Assembly (NCBI GenBank): GCA_963727055.1
Contig: CAVSEN010000002.1
Location: 305,859-369,858, forward strand
Length of the DNA: 64,000 nucleotides
Direction: 5' to 3'
DNA from: an uncultured Chloroflexia bacterium
GTDB lineage: Bacteria > Chloroflexota > Limnocylindria > Limnocylindrales > CSP1-4
This document shows positions 20,894-30,685 of the stretch, piece by piece. Under the pieces are notes generated by a model. The model was given only the letters and a program-made list of their open reading frames with translations. It searched no databases and was not told the origin of the DNA. Every line of letters begins with the position of its first letter. Within the stretch, counting starts at the first letter, position 1. Both the position numbers and the translations under genes were made by a program.

Positions 20894-22489
20894 TCAGGCC
20901 ACCTTCCGGCCGGTCGCCCGGAGCACTTCCATCGCCGCGATCCGCCCGTTGGCGCCCATGATCCCGCCGCCCGGGTGGGTCGCCGAGCCGCACAGCCAGA
21001 GGTCCCGGATCGGGGTTCGGAACCGGGCGTAGCCGGGCATCGGCCGGTTGAAGAAGAGCTGCTCGAGGCTCAGCTCGCCCTGGAAGATGTTGCCCTCGGT
21101 CAGCCCGAAGCGACGCTCGATGTCGAGCGGGGTGAGCACCTGGCGGTGGAGGATGATGTCCCGGATGTTCGGGGCGACCTCGGCGATCCGGTCGATCACG
21201 GCGTCGCCGAACGCCTCCCGGTTGTCGTCCCAGCTGCCGAGCGCCGGATCGAGGTGGTACGGCGCGTACTGGACGAAGCAGCTGATCACGTGCTTGCCGG
21301 GCGGGGCCATCGACGGGTCGACGAGGGTCGGGATGATCATGTCGATGTACGGCCGGCGGCTCCAATGGCCGTACTTGGCGTCGTCGTAGGCGCGCTCCAT
21401 GTCCTCGATCGAGGCGCTGTAGCTGATCGCGCCGCGCAGGTGCTCGCCCTCGCCCGGCAGGCAGCTGAACTCGGGCAGCCGGTCGACGGCCAGGTTGACC
21501 TTGCCCGACGAGCCCCGGAACTTGAACCGGCGGACCTCGTCCTCGAACTCGGGCTCGAGCGAGCCCGGCTCGAGCAGGCCGAGGTAGGTCAGCCGTGAGT
21601 CGACCGACGACAGGACGTGGTGGGCGTAGATCTCCTCGCCGTCCTCGAGCGCCACGCCGACCGCCCGTCCGTCGCGGGTCATGATCCGGGCGACCGGCGC
21701 CTCGAGCCTGATCTCGGCGCCCTGGGCCCGGGCCGCGCCACCGATCGCGTTGGAGACGCCGCCGGTGCCACCGCGCGGGATGCCCCACGCCCGGAACGCC
21801 CCGTCGATCTCGCCCATGTAGTGGTGGAGCAGGACGTAGGCCGTGCCCGGCGACTGGACGCCCTGGTACGTGCCGATGATCCCCGACGCCGACATCGTGG
21901 CCATCAGCGGGTCGGTCTCGAACCACTGGTCCAGGAAGTCGGCGGCGCTCATCGTCATCAGCTGGACGAAGACGGCCTGCTGCTTCTCGGGCAGCCGCTG
22001 GAACGAGCGGGCGAGGCCGGCCAGGGGCGTGAACTGGCGCGGGTCGAAGCCGGTCGGGTCGGGCGGCACGATCGACAGGATCGGCTTGATGAAGCGGGCC
22101 ATCTCGACCATCAGCTGGCCGTATTCCTCGTACGCCTCGGCGTCGAGCTTCGACCAGCGGCGCAGCTCGCGGAGCGTCCGGCCGTGGTCGTTGACCCGCC
22201 ACAGGTAGTCGCCCTGGAGCGGCGTGAACGTCCCGTCGAGGGGCAGGATGTCGAGGCCGTGGGCCGGCAGGTCGAGCTCGCGGATGATCTCCGGGCGGAG
22301 GAGGCTGACGACGTAGGACGCGACCGAGAAGCGGAAGCCGGGGAAGATCTCCTCGGTCACCGCCGCGCCGCCGAGCAGCTCGCGCTTCTCCAGGACGAGG
22401 GTGCTCATCCCCGCCCGGGCCAGGTAGGCCGCGCTCACCAGGCCGTTGTGGCCGCCGCCGATGATCACCGCGTCGTAGGTCTTGGCCAC
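20894..22489 (-). CDS. Phytoene dehydrogenase-like FAD oxidoreductase (COG1233/PYROXD2-like), copy 1
   Basis: GGGHNGLVSAAYLA, SYVVSLLRPEII, TAYVLLHHYMGE, GNIFQGEL, THPGGGIMG; GGAGG RBS before GTG. Confidence 0.9.
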   Translation of the reverse strand: MAKTYDAVIIGGGHNGLVSAAYLARAGMSTLVLEKRELLGGAAVTEEIFPGFRFSVASYVVSLLRPEIIRELDLPAHGLDILPLDGTFTPLQGDYLWRVNDHGRTLRELRRWSKLDAEAYEEYGQLMVEMARFIKPILSIVPPDPTGFDPRQFTPLAGLARSFQRLPEKQQAVFVQLMTMSAADFLDQWFETDPLMATMSASGIIGTYQGVQSPGTAYVLLHHYMGEIDGAFRAWGIPRGGTGGVSNAIGGAARAQGAEIRLEAPVARIMTRDGRAVGVALEDGEEIYAHHVLSSVDSRLTYLGLLEPGSLEPEFEDEVRRFKFRGSSGKVNLAVDRLPEFSCLPGEGEHLRGAISYSASIEDMERAYDDAKYGHWSRRPYIDMIIPTLVDPSMAPPGKHVISCFVQYAPYHLDPALGSWDDNREAFGDAVIDRIAEVAPNIRDIILHRQVLTPLDIERRFGLTEGNIFQGELSLEQLFFNRPMPGYARFRTPIRDLWLCGSATHPGGGIMGANGRIAAMEVLRATGRKVA

Positions 22490-22532
22490 GGGTCCTCCGC
22501 TCAGGCTCACCCCACCGGACGTGCCGCGGCAC

Positions 22533-22983
22533 TATGCACGGTGGAAGAAACGTATGCAGTCTAGCGGCCCCGGATGGGCGCCGTGGCGGGGTCCGTTCGC
22601 TGATCCGTGGCGCGGCCCTGGTCCGGGCCGGGGCCGTTGCTCCGTGCCGGCCCAGTGCGGCGGAGCTGGAAGGGCGGTGGTGCTGGCCGAGTGGGCGGCC
22701 CGAGATTCGTCGAAATTCCGCCACCAGACGCGTTGGCATCAACGTTGGCCCGACTCGGGGTGGCGGGGGCCAGCTTCCCGGCGCAGCCACGCACGAATCG
22801 CTTCGCGCGACCGACTCGCCGGCCCCAGTGCCCGCGATTCCTCCCTGCAACGCGTCCCCCGGCGGAATAGCGACGAAGTCGCCCACGGGCGCCTTGCGCC
22901 ACGGAACGCCCTGGGCGCCAGAACGCGGGCGGTCGGGCAGATCCCCTGACGACCATCCGGGCTGCATACGGAATCTGCATACT
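22533..22983. promoter_or_regulatory. Divergent promoter region with four TGCATA boxes (two at each promoter)
   Basis: TATGCA at 22533 and 22553; CTGCATAC at 22962 and 22975; proximal copies overlap -10-like CATAGT/CATACT. Confidence 0.5.
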
Positions 22984-23026
22984 TGACCCGGCCGGGACCC
23001 GCCGGCCACCTCAAAGGAGCCAGGAC

Positions 23027-24220
23027 TTGAGCGTCGGCACCGCGTTCCATCCCCGGACCGAGCCCCACAACCGGAAGATGCAGTGGCGGGAGTGGTCGGG
23101 CTACTTCGCGGCCAGCGTCTACGCCGACTTTCACGACATCGAGTACAACGCGATCCGCGAGCAGGCCGCCCTGATCGACGTCTCGCCCCTCTACAAGTAC
23201 GAGGTCCACGGCCGCGACGCCGAGCGGCTGGTGGACCGGGTGATCACCCGCGATGCGACGAAGCTCAAGGTCGGCCAGGTCTACTACAGCCCGTGGTGCG
23301 ACGAGGACGGCAAGGTCGTCGACGACGGCACGATCCATCGCCTTGGCGCGAATCACTTCCGCTGGACGGCCGCCGACCCGCAGTACCGCTGGCTGCGCCT
23401 CAACTCGAGCGGCCTCGATGTCGAGATCGAGGACACCAGTGAGACGACCGCGGCGCTCGCCCTCCAGGGCCCCCTCAGCCGGGCCGTCCTCGAGGCGGCC
23501 TCGGGCGAGGACTTCGCCGACCTGCGCTACTTCCGGCGGCGGGCGACCACGATCGCGGGGATCCCCATCGACGTGAGCCGGACCGGCTACACCGGCGACC
23601 TCGGCTACGAGCTGTGGGTCGCGGCCGACCGGGCGCTCGAGCTGTGGGACGCGGTCGTCGGGGCGGGCAAGCCGTTCGGGATCCGGCCGGCGGGCATGAT
23701 CGCCCTCGACGTCGTGCGGCTCGAGGCCGGCCTGATCCTGCTCGAGGTCGACTACACCAGCGCCCGCCACGCGATGAACGCCGAGCAGGCCTACTCGCCC
23801 GGCGAGATCGGGCTGGGCAAGCTCGTCGACTTCGAGAAGGGCGACTTCGTCGGGCGGCGGGCATTGCTCGAGGAACGCCGCCGGGGCGGCCCGCGCCGGC
23901 GACTCGTCGGCCTCGAGATCAGCTGGCCGGACATCGACGGGATGTACAACGCCCAGGGCCTGCCGCCGACCGCGCCGGCCGTGGTCGATCGCTCGGCCGT
24001 GCCCCTCTTCGACCAGGGCGGCCGCCAGGTCGGCCGGATCACCAGCCACGGCTGGAGCCCGATCCTCAAGAAGCCGATCGCGCTGGCCTCGGTCCCGCCC
24101 GCCTTCGAGCGGCCCGGCACCCGGCTCCAGGCCGAGTGGACGGTCGAGGCCCGCCGTGGCCGGGTCGGCGCGACCGTCGTCCAGACGCCCTTCCTCGACC
24201 TGCCCCGCAAGCGCGCCTAG
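23027..24220 (+). CDS. GcvT-family aminomethyltransferase / THF-dependent demethylase-like protein
   Basis: AALIDVSPL, VVDDGT, LALQGP, SRTGYTGDLGYEL, RLEAG; AGGAG RBS before TTG. Confidence 0.9.
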   Translation: MSVGTAFHPRTEPHNRKMQWREWSGYFAASVYADFHDIEYNAIREQAALIDVSPLYKYEVHGRDAERLVDRVITRDATKLKVGQVYYSPWCDEDGKVVDDGTIHRLGANHFRWTAADPQYRWLRLNSSGLDVEIEDTSETTAALALQGPLSRAVLEAASGEDFADLRYFRRRATTIAGIPIDVSRTGYTGDLGYELWVAADRALELWDAVVGAGKPFGIRPAGMIALDVVRLEAGLILLEVDYTSARHAMNAEQAYSPGEIGLGKLVDFEKGDFVGRRALLEERRRGGPRRRLVGLEISWPDIDGMYNAQGLPPTAPAVVDRSAVPLFDQGGRQVGRITSHGWSPILKKPIALASVPPAFERPGTRLQAEWTVEARRGRVGATVVQTPFLDLPRKRA

Positions 24221-24236
24221 CCTCGCGGTCGGCGCC

Positions 24237-24306
24237 CCGTGCTGACGGCGGCGTACCGTGCTGACGGCGGCGTACCGTGCCGCGCGGCGTACCGCGGCGT
24301 ACCGCG
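24237..24306. repeat. Short tandem repeat (19-bp CCGTGCTGACGGCGGCGTA x2, decaying into GCGGCGTACC units)
   Basis: Read directly, just after the GcvT-like stop codon. Confidence 0.8.
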
Positions 24307-24602
24307 CCAGTCGGCCGATGTGGCGCTTCGCGCTTTGCAGCCCGGAGTGCCGCGGCGGATCGGCCAATGTCGCGCCCGGTAGGACAACTGGCGCCTTCTG
24401 GGTGAGGCGCTGGGCTACCAGACGCACGAAGTAGGCGCGAGAGGCTACCCGCACGAGCGAAGCGGGTCCAATCGGCGAAGGTCGGCCTGCCGAGAGCCCC
24501 GAATTGCGGGTTTGTCCCACCGGGTGTGACAAGCGCCACGCCGAGGCGCCCGCTGGAGGCGTAGCGCCGGCCCGGCGATTGACGGGGGTAGGATCAAGGG
24601 CA

Positions 24603-25007
24603 ATGTCGAAGCGCCCGTCGCCTGGAACCGTCATCCAGATCTCACTTCCTAACGGGCGATTTGCGTACGGCCGGACCCATCGTGACGCTGGGATCGCCAT
24701 CTACCGCGAGACGAGTGATCAACCTGGCTCACCACCGATCGGGTCTCGCGACTACCTCTGCAGTGTCGGCGTCGAGGACGATCTCTTCCATTCGCCACTG
24801 GTGCGGATCGCAGGGCGGGACGACTTTGTCGACCCAGAGGATGGCTGGCTCGGACCGATGGGCGTGCGGGACGTGATCACGGGCAGATATCAGGTCTATG
24901 AGCGAGGCCGGCTGCGCCCATCGACCGCAGCTGAGGCAGCGCACTTGGAGCCTGCTGCTGTGTGGGCAATCGAGCATCTCGTCGATCGGATCAGGCGGCC
25001 GCAGTAG
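24603..25007 (+). CDS. Immunity protein 26 (Imm26)-like protein
   Basis: PGTVIQISLPNGRFAYGR N-terminus and LEPAAVWAIEHLVDRI C-terminus resemble Imm26; visibly lower GC3 than neighbours. Confidence 0.65.
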   Translation: MSKRPSPGTVIQISLPNGRFAYGRTHRDAGIAIYRETSDQPGSPPIGSRDYLCSVGVEDDLFHSPLVRIAGRDDFVDPEDGWLGPMGVRDVITGRYQVYERGRLRPSTAAEAAHLEPAAVWAIEHLVDRIRRPQ

Positions 25008-25351
25008 CGGGACCCTGGAGTGCCAAGCCGGGCCGGCCGATGTTCAGGCGCGGGTACTCCGTGCAACAAACGCCTGGTTGGGTGCCTCACCCGGTCCGAG
25101 CTTCGGGCCCCAACTCGTCAGGCCAACGGACTGATCAGCCGAAAACGACTAACCGCGCCGGACTTGAGGCGCTCAGACCTCGTTCAAGCAGGCGAACTCC
25201 GGCCGCCGAGCCCCGGATGCCCCGTCTTGTTGCATGGCGTACCCGCAGCGAAGGCGCACCGCGGGAAGGAGCCGGAAGACACGCCTCGAGCGAGGCAGCG
25301 GGACCAACCGCCAGGACAGCCGCAAGAACGACCGCGCGAGTACCATCAGCG

Positions 25352-25516
25352 GACAACTGAATAGCGCCGTTCGACCCAAGGGAAGCCGGTGGAATTCCGG
25401 CGCTGTCGCGCAACTGTCAGCGGGGAACGGCCGGCCAGGATGCCACTGGGCGAGGCCCGGGAAGGCGGCCGGACGTGTCGATCCGCAAGCCAGGAGACCT
25501 GGTCGATCGGGTTGTC
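25352..25516 (+). ncRNA. Cobalamin riboswitch
   Basis: AGGGAAGCCGGTGGAATTCCGGCGCTGTCGCGCAACTGT, GCCACTGGG..GGGAAGGC, B12-box AGCCAGGAGACCTG; closing stem GACAAC/GTTGTC; TACCAT -10 at 25341. Confidence 0.95.
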
Positions 25517-25597
25517 ATCCCACCCGCGCAGATCGGTAGATGAACCTCTGACGGCAGGTTTCCGCGGTGTGGGCCGTTCGTCGTCGGAGGAACCTCC

Positions 25598-26768
25598 GTG
25601 GGTCGACTCAGGTGGGCCAGCGCGATACTGGCCCCGGGCGTGCTCCTGCTCAGTGCCTCGGCCGCGTGGGCGGCTCCCGATCCGGCGACGTGCGCCCTGC
25701 GCTACCTCGCCGCCCAGCAGTCGGCCGACGGCTCGGTCGGCGGCCAGCCCGGGATCACGGCCGACTACGTCTTCGGTGCCGCGGCAGCCGGTTTCGACCC
25801 GACCCTCCTGGCGAAGTCCGGCGGCAGCTCGGCCGTCGATTACCTCGGGACGGCCATCGGCGGCTCGCTCGACAACGCGGCGCTCGTCGCCAAGACAGCC
25901 CTGGCCGCAGTCGACTCCCGGCTCGACCCGACGAGCCTGGGCGGCCACGACCTGCTGACCGCCCTCGACGCCACCTACGGCTCGACGAGTCATGCCTACG
26001 GCGATGGCGAGACGTACACCCAGTCGCTCGCGATCCTGGCCCTCGTGGCGTCCGGGGACGCGGGCCACCCCGTCCCGGCCGCGGCCGTCAGCGAGCTGAA
26101 GGCGGTCCAGGACAGCGACGGCTCATGGGACTTCCAGGGCGTCAGGGACGCGGCCGGGGGCGGTGATACGAACTCGACCGCCGTCGCCATCGAGGCCCTG
26201 ATCACGGCCGGTACGCCGTCGGGCGACGCCATCGATCACGAGCGCCCTGGCCTACCTCCATGCCCAGCAGCTGAACGACGGCGGCTTCCCGTACAGCGAC
26301 ACGTTCGGGCCGCCGTTCAGCGATCCCGACTCGGACGCGAACGTGATCCAGGGCCTCGTGGCCGCCGGCGAGGATCCCTCGGCCCCGGCCTGGACGAAGG
26401 GCGGTCACACGGCGCTGACGAACCTGCGCACGTTCCAGGACGCTGCCAATGGCGGCTTCACGTTCCCCGGCAATCCGGGCCCGGACGCGTTCACCACGAG
26501 CCAGGTCCCGGCCGGCCTCGCGCAGGTGCCGTTCCCCGGCCGGACGACCTGGACGACGGGCGCCACCCTGCCCTCGGGCGTGTGCGCCGCCGTCGCCCCG
26601 TCGCCATCGGGCAGCGCCCGCCCGATCGCCACCCCGCCGGCGACTGCCACCGGCGCACGACCCGGGCCGGCGCCGGCCGATTCGGGCTGGCTGCCGCTCC
26701 TCGCCCTGCTGGGCCTGGCCGGCGTGACCGTGACGGCCCGAGCCCGGTCGAGGCGGCTCCCACGCTGA
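25598..26768 (+). CDS. Surface protein with prenyltransferase/squalene-oxidase (alpha6/alpha6 barrel) repeats, B12-regulated (frameshift ~26240)
   Basis: Signal peptide; QSADGS, QDSDGSW, QLNDGGF and QDAANGGF repeats with DTNSTA/DPDSDA; C-terminal TM plus basic tail. Confidence 0.8.
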
Positions 26769-27634
26769 GCCTCCGTCGGCTGGTCCTCGCGGCGGTCGTC
26801 GCGATCGCCGTCCAGGTCCCGATCACGGCGATCGCCTGGTCGGGGCCGGTGGCCCCCTGCGCCGCGGCGGGCGGCAGCCACCATGTCGCGCTCGTCGTCC
26901 AGCACCACGACGGGTCCGTCGTCACGCGCTGCATCTCGTTCAGCGAGCCGCAGCTGACTGGTGAACAGGTCCTCGCTCGATCCGGGGTCGAGTACCAGGC
27001 CGTCCCCTACGGCGGCGGCCTGGGCGACTCGATCTGCCAGATCGACGGCGAGCCGGCCGACTACCCGCCGGCCTGCTGGACGGGGTCCAGCGACTTCTGG
27101 GCCGTCTTCGTCGCTCGCCACGGCGGGGCGTGGGCGGCGTCCAGCCTGGGGGCCTCGACCCAGGTCTTCCGTGATGGCGACTCCGAGGGCTTCCGCTACG
27201 AGCCGCCGGCCCAGCCGATCCCGCCAACCGCGAGCGGCAACTGCCCGACCGCCACCGCGGCACCGAAGCCAACTCCGACGCCGATGCCCACGCCGCGGCC
27301 GACGCCGGTCGCGTCGAGCCGGCCGACGAGCGGCCCGACTGCTCGCCCGTCGGCCGAATCGACCACCACGACCCAGACCCCGCCGGCGCCCAGCGCCGGC
27401 AGCGCCGGCAGCGCCGGCGAGCCCGGGGCTTCGGTCGGGACCTCGCCGGGCGGTGCAGTGCTCGGCCTCGCATCGACGCCGGCCGCATCCTCGGGCGCCG
27501 CTCCAGCCGCGGTCGATCCGCCGGCAGGCGGCGACTCGGGCGGAAGCGCTCCTGCCCTCGTGGTCGCAATCGTTGCCATCGCCGGCCTCGGGGCGTTGGC
27601 CGTGATCCGGCGCCGGCCGGCTCGGCCGCGGTGA
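26765..27634 (+). CDS. Surface protein with transcobalamin C-terminal-like (DUF4430/SCO2322-like) domain
   Basis: Signal peptide; ICQIDGEP...FWAVF...W..SSLGA...DGDSEGFRY; Pro/Thr stalk; C-terminal TM plus RRR. Confidence 0.7.
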   Translation: MSLRRLVLAAVVAIAVQVPITAIAWSGPVAPCAAAGGSHHVALVVQHHDGSVVTRCISFSEPQLTGEQVLARSGVEYQAVPYGGGLGDSICQIDGEPADYPPACWTGSSDFWAVFVARHGGAWAASSLGASTQVFRDGDSEGFRYEPPAQPIPPTASGNCPTATAAPKPTPTPMPTPRPTPVASSRPTSGPTARPSAESTTTTQTPPAPSAGSAGSAGEPGASVGTSPGGAVLGLASTPAASSGAAPAAVDPPAGGDSGGSAPALVVAIVAIAGLGALAVIRRRPARPR

Positions 27635-28446
27635 ACGCCCGGGCCCTGATCCTGTGGTCCCTCGGCGGCCTCGTCGTCGCCCTGTCGACCACGAACCCGA
27701 TCGTCCGGGCGCTCATCGCCCTGATCGCGATCAACGTCCTGCGCACCTGGAGCCGGCCCGACGTGAGCCTCGGCTTCCTGCTCCGGGCGATCACCTTCAC
27801 GACGCTGGCCGCGGTCGTCCTCAACCTGCTCGTCGGCCATATCGGGACGACCCGCCTGTTCGCCTTGCCCGACGCGTGGCCGGTCCTCGGCGGCCCGTGG
27901 ACCGTGGAGTCGATCGCCTACGGCCTCGACACCGCCCTCGGTCTGGCCGCGGCGGTCCTCGTCGTGGCGCCGCTCTCGTTCGTGCTCGAGCCGCACGAGC
28001 TCGTCGACGCCCTGCCCAAGCCGATCGAGCGGGCCGGGATCGTGGTCGCGGCGGCGCTCAACCTGGTGCCCGGGATCGGCCGCTCGTTCGGCCAGGTTCG
28101 CGACGCCCAGACGATGCGCGGCTGGCGGCCGTCGGGCCTGCGCTCGTGGTCGGAGGTGATCGTGCCCGTGGCGATCACGGCTGTCGAGGGCTCGCTCGAG
28201 CTGGCCGAGGCGATGGAGTCGCGGGCCTTCGGCTCCGGCCCTCGGACCCGCTATGCGCCGAGCCGCTGGACCGCCTGGGACAGCGTGATCGTCGCGGCCT
28301 CGATCGCGGCGATCGTGATCGCGATCTGGGCCCGGGCGAGCGGCCAGGCGCTCGACTGGTATCCCTATCCGACCCTGAGCATGCCCGCCGTCAGCTCGGT
28401 GATGCTCGCGGCCAGCCTGCTGCCCGCCGTGGCGATCCGCCGATGA
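27631..28446 (+). CDS. ECF transporter transmembrane T component
   Basis: Multi-TM with AQTMRG and LAEAMESRAFG coupling motifs. Confidence 0.88.
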   Translation: MNARALILWSLGGLVVALSTTNPIVRALIALIAINVLRTWSRPDVSLGFLLRAITFTTLAAVVLNLLVGHIGTTRLFALPDAWPVLGGPWTVESIAYGLDTALGLAAAVLVVAPLSFVLEPHELVDALPKPIERAGIVVAAALNLVPGIGRSFGQVRDAQTMRGWRPSGLRSWSEVIVPVAITAVEGSLELAEAMESRAFGSGPRTRYAPSRWTAWDSVIVAASIAAIVIAIWARASGQALDWYPYPTLSMPAVSSVMLAASLLPAVAIRR

Positions 28447-29909
28447 CGGTCGCGGTCCAGCCGCCGCTTGCCCGGCTCGAGCGGCTGTCGTACTGGTATC
28501 CCGGCGACGTCCCGGCGCTGATCGACGTCGACCTCGTGCTCCGGCCCGGCCTCACCCTCGTCGTCGGGCCGTCGGGCGGCGGGAAGTCGTCGCTGCTCCG
28601 CCTGTTCAACGGGCTGATCCCCCACTTCCACGGCGGCCGGATCGGCGGCAGTGCGATCGTCCTCGGCCACGACGTGGCCCGGACGCCGACGCGCACCCTC
28701 GCCCGGGAGGTGGGCTTCGTCTTCCAGGACCCGGAGCACCAGGTCGTCTACGGCAGCGTCGAGCGCGAGGTGGCGTTCGGGCTGGAGAACCTCGGCTTCG
28801 AGCGCCGGGAGATGGTCCGCCGGGTCGGCCAGGCGCTCGAGCGGCTGGGCCTTGCCGGCCTGCGCCAACGGCAGGTCGCGACGCTGTCCGGCGGCGAGCG
28901 GCAGCGGGTCGCGATTGCCTCGGTCGTGGCCATGCGGCCCCGGCTGATCCTGCTCGACGAGCCGACCTCCGAGCTCGACCCGGCCGGCGCGGACGCGGTC
29001 GTCGCGGCCTGCCTCGATCTCGAGTCGACGGGCACCGCGATCCTCGTCGCCGAGCATCGGCTCGAACGGCTCCTGCCGGCCGCCGGCGGGTTCGTCCGGG
29101 TCGAGGCCGGCCGGGTGGACGGCAGCGCAGCACGACCCGAGCTCGGCCGGCCGCCGGCGAGGTCGACGGCGGCGGTGCGCCCGGAGGCCGAGGTGGCCTG
29201 GTCGATCAGCGACGTCGTCGGCGGACCGGCCGGCATCGCCCTGCTCGAGTCCCGGGCCCTGGCCGGACGCGCCGGTGAGGTCGTCGCCGTGACCGGCCCG
29301 AACGGCAGCGGCAAGACGACGCTCCTTCGGCTGATCGCCGGACTGCTCGAGCCGCTGTCGGGCGCAGTGGAGCGCCGCCCCGGACGGGTCGCCTACCTGC
29401 CCCAGGACCCAGGCGCGCTCCTCCACCGGCCGAGCCTGGTCGCGGAGGTCAGCTGGACGCTCGAGCGTGCCGCCGGCCACCCCGCGGGTCCGGCACGAGC
29501 CCGGAGGATGGACAGCCTCGACCAGCGGGCGCGGACGGCGCTGGCCGAGTTCGGCCTCGACGGACTGGCCGACCGCGATCCGCGCGACCTGAGCGCCGGC
29601 GAGCGCCAGCGGGGCGCCCTGGCCGTGATCCTGGCCGGCGGACCGAGGATCGCCCTGCTCGACGAACCGACCCGGGGAATGGACACGTTCGCCCGTCGAT
29701 CGCTCGCCCGGGTCCTCAACCGGCTGCGGGCCGACGGCTGCTCGATCGTCGTCGCGACCCACGACGAGGACCTGGTGGCCGAGATTGCCGACCGGGTCGT
29801 CAGGATCGACGCTGGCCTGGTCGTCGAACGCAGCCGCGAGACCGGCCCGGGCGGCGAGGCGCCCAGCGCCGCCCCGGTCGGCTCGAGCATCCCGGACGCC
29901 GTCCGATGA
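28443..29909 (+). CDS. ECF transporter fused double ATPase
   Basis: Two Walker A motifs (GPSGGGKS, GPNGSGKT), VFQDPE, LSGGE/LSAGE, LLDEPT x2. Confidence 0.92.
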   Translation: MTVAVQPPLARLERLSYWYPGDVPALIDVDLVLRPGLTLVVGPSGGGKSSLLRLFNGLIPHFHGGRIGGSAIVLGHDVARTPTRTLAREVGFVFQDPEHQVVYGSVEREVAFGLENLGFERREMVRRVGQALERLGLAGLRQRQVATLSGGERQRVAIASVVAMRPRLILLDEPTSELDPAGADAVVAACLDLESTGTAILVAEHRLERLLPAAGGFVRVEAGRVDGSAARPELGRPPARSTAAVRPEAEVAWSISDVVGGPAGIALLESRALAGRAGEVVAVTGPNGSGKTTLLRLIAGLLEPLSGAVERRPGRVAYLPQDPGALLHRPSLVAEVSWTLERAAGHPAGPARARRMDSLDQRARTALAEFGLDGLADRDPRDLSAGERQRGALAVILAGGPRIALLDEPTRGMDTFARRSLARVLNRLRADGCSIVVATHDEDLVAEIADRVVRIDAGLVVERSRETGPGGEAPSAAPVGSSIPDAVR

Positions 29910-30685
29910 CGCCATTCGCGCTGGCCGCGGCCTCGATCGTCGGCGGCCTGCTCTTCCTGCTGCCCTACCTCGGGATCGAACCGCCGGGCGGCTCGATCCC
30001 GGCCTCGGCCGCGCTGGCCACGATCGTCGCCCTGGCCTCCATCGAGGTCGGTGCCCGGCGCCTGGATGCGAAGGGGATCGCCCTGCTCGCCGCCCTGGCC
30101 GCCCTCGCCGCCGGGATGCGCCTGGCGCTCGTCACCGGGATTGCCGGCTTCAGCCCGTTCTTCTTCCTGGTCCTGTGCGCGGGCTACGTCTTCGGGCCGA
30201 GCTACGGCTTCCTGACCGGGACCGTGGCGATGCTCGTCTCGGCGATCGCCACCGGCGGCCTCGGGCCGTGGCTGCCCTACCAGATCTTCGCCGCCGGCTG
30301 GATCGGGCTCGGGGCCGGCCTCGTCAGCGGCGGGCTCGAGCGACGCCCATCGCGGCGAGACATCGCCCTCCTCGCGGCGTACGGGCTGGTCGCCGGGTTC
30401 GCCTATGGTGCGGTCATGGACCTCTGGGACTGGGCCCTGTTCCAGGGCACGCCCGGGATCGGCTATGTCGGCGGACTGGGCACGGGCGAGACGATCGTCC
30501 GCTTCGGCCAGTTCTACGTCGTGACCTCGGCCGGCTACGACGCCTTCCGGGCGATCGGCAACGCGGCGATGGTCATTGCCCTCGGGCCGCCGGTCCTGGC
30601 CTCGCTCGGGCGCCTGCGCGCCCGCGCGTCGTTCCGGTTCGTCGACCCGGGCGGCCGACCATCAGGCGCCGGCGAACCGGCGTAG
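29906..30685 (+). CDS. ECF transporter S component (CbrT-like, cobalamin)
   Basis: Hydrophobic protein with GYVFGPSYGF and GGLGPWLPYQ; last gene of the B12-riboswitch operon. Confidence 0.85.
   Translation: MTPFALAAASIVGGLLFLLPYLGIEPPGGSIPASAALATIVALASIEVGARRLDAKGIALLAALAALAAGMRLALVTGIAGFSPFFFLVLCAGYVFGPSYGFLTGTVAMLVSAIATGGLGPWLPYQIFAAGWIGLGAGLVSGGLERRPSRRDIALLAAYGLVAGFAYGAVMDLWDWALFQGTPGIGYVGGLGTGETIVRFGQFYVVTSAGYDAFRAIGNAAMVIALGPPVLASLGRLRARASFRFVDPGGRPSGAGEPA

Noticed and set aside
19258-22489. Carotenoid biosynthesis cluster
   Set aside because: No phytoene synthase, GGPP synthase or cyclase; the sequences look like the non-CrtI COG1233 clade
25060-25200. Integron attC site after the Imm26-like gene
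   Set aside because: Only degenerate AAC.../CGTCAGGC resemblance; no proper RYYYAAC/GTTRRRY pairing and no integrase
25598-26768. Squalene-hopene cyclase or terpene enzyme
   Set aside because: Exported and TM-anchored, no DXDD motif, and under B12 riboswitch control
25598-27634. Single-chain 678-aa transcobalamin-like protein
   Set aside because: The middle of the ORF is out-of-frame junk; the corrected first gene has its own TM anchor and stop (26768) and the second has its own signal peptide
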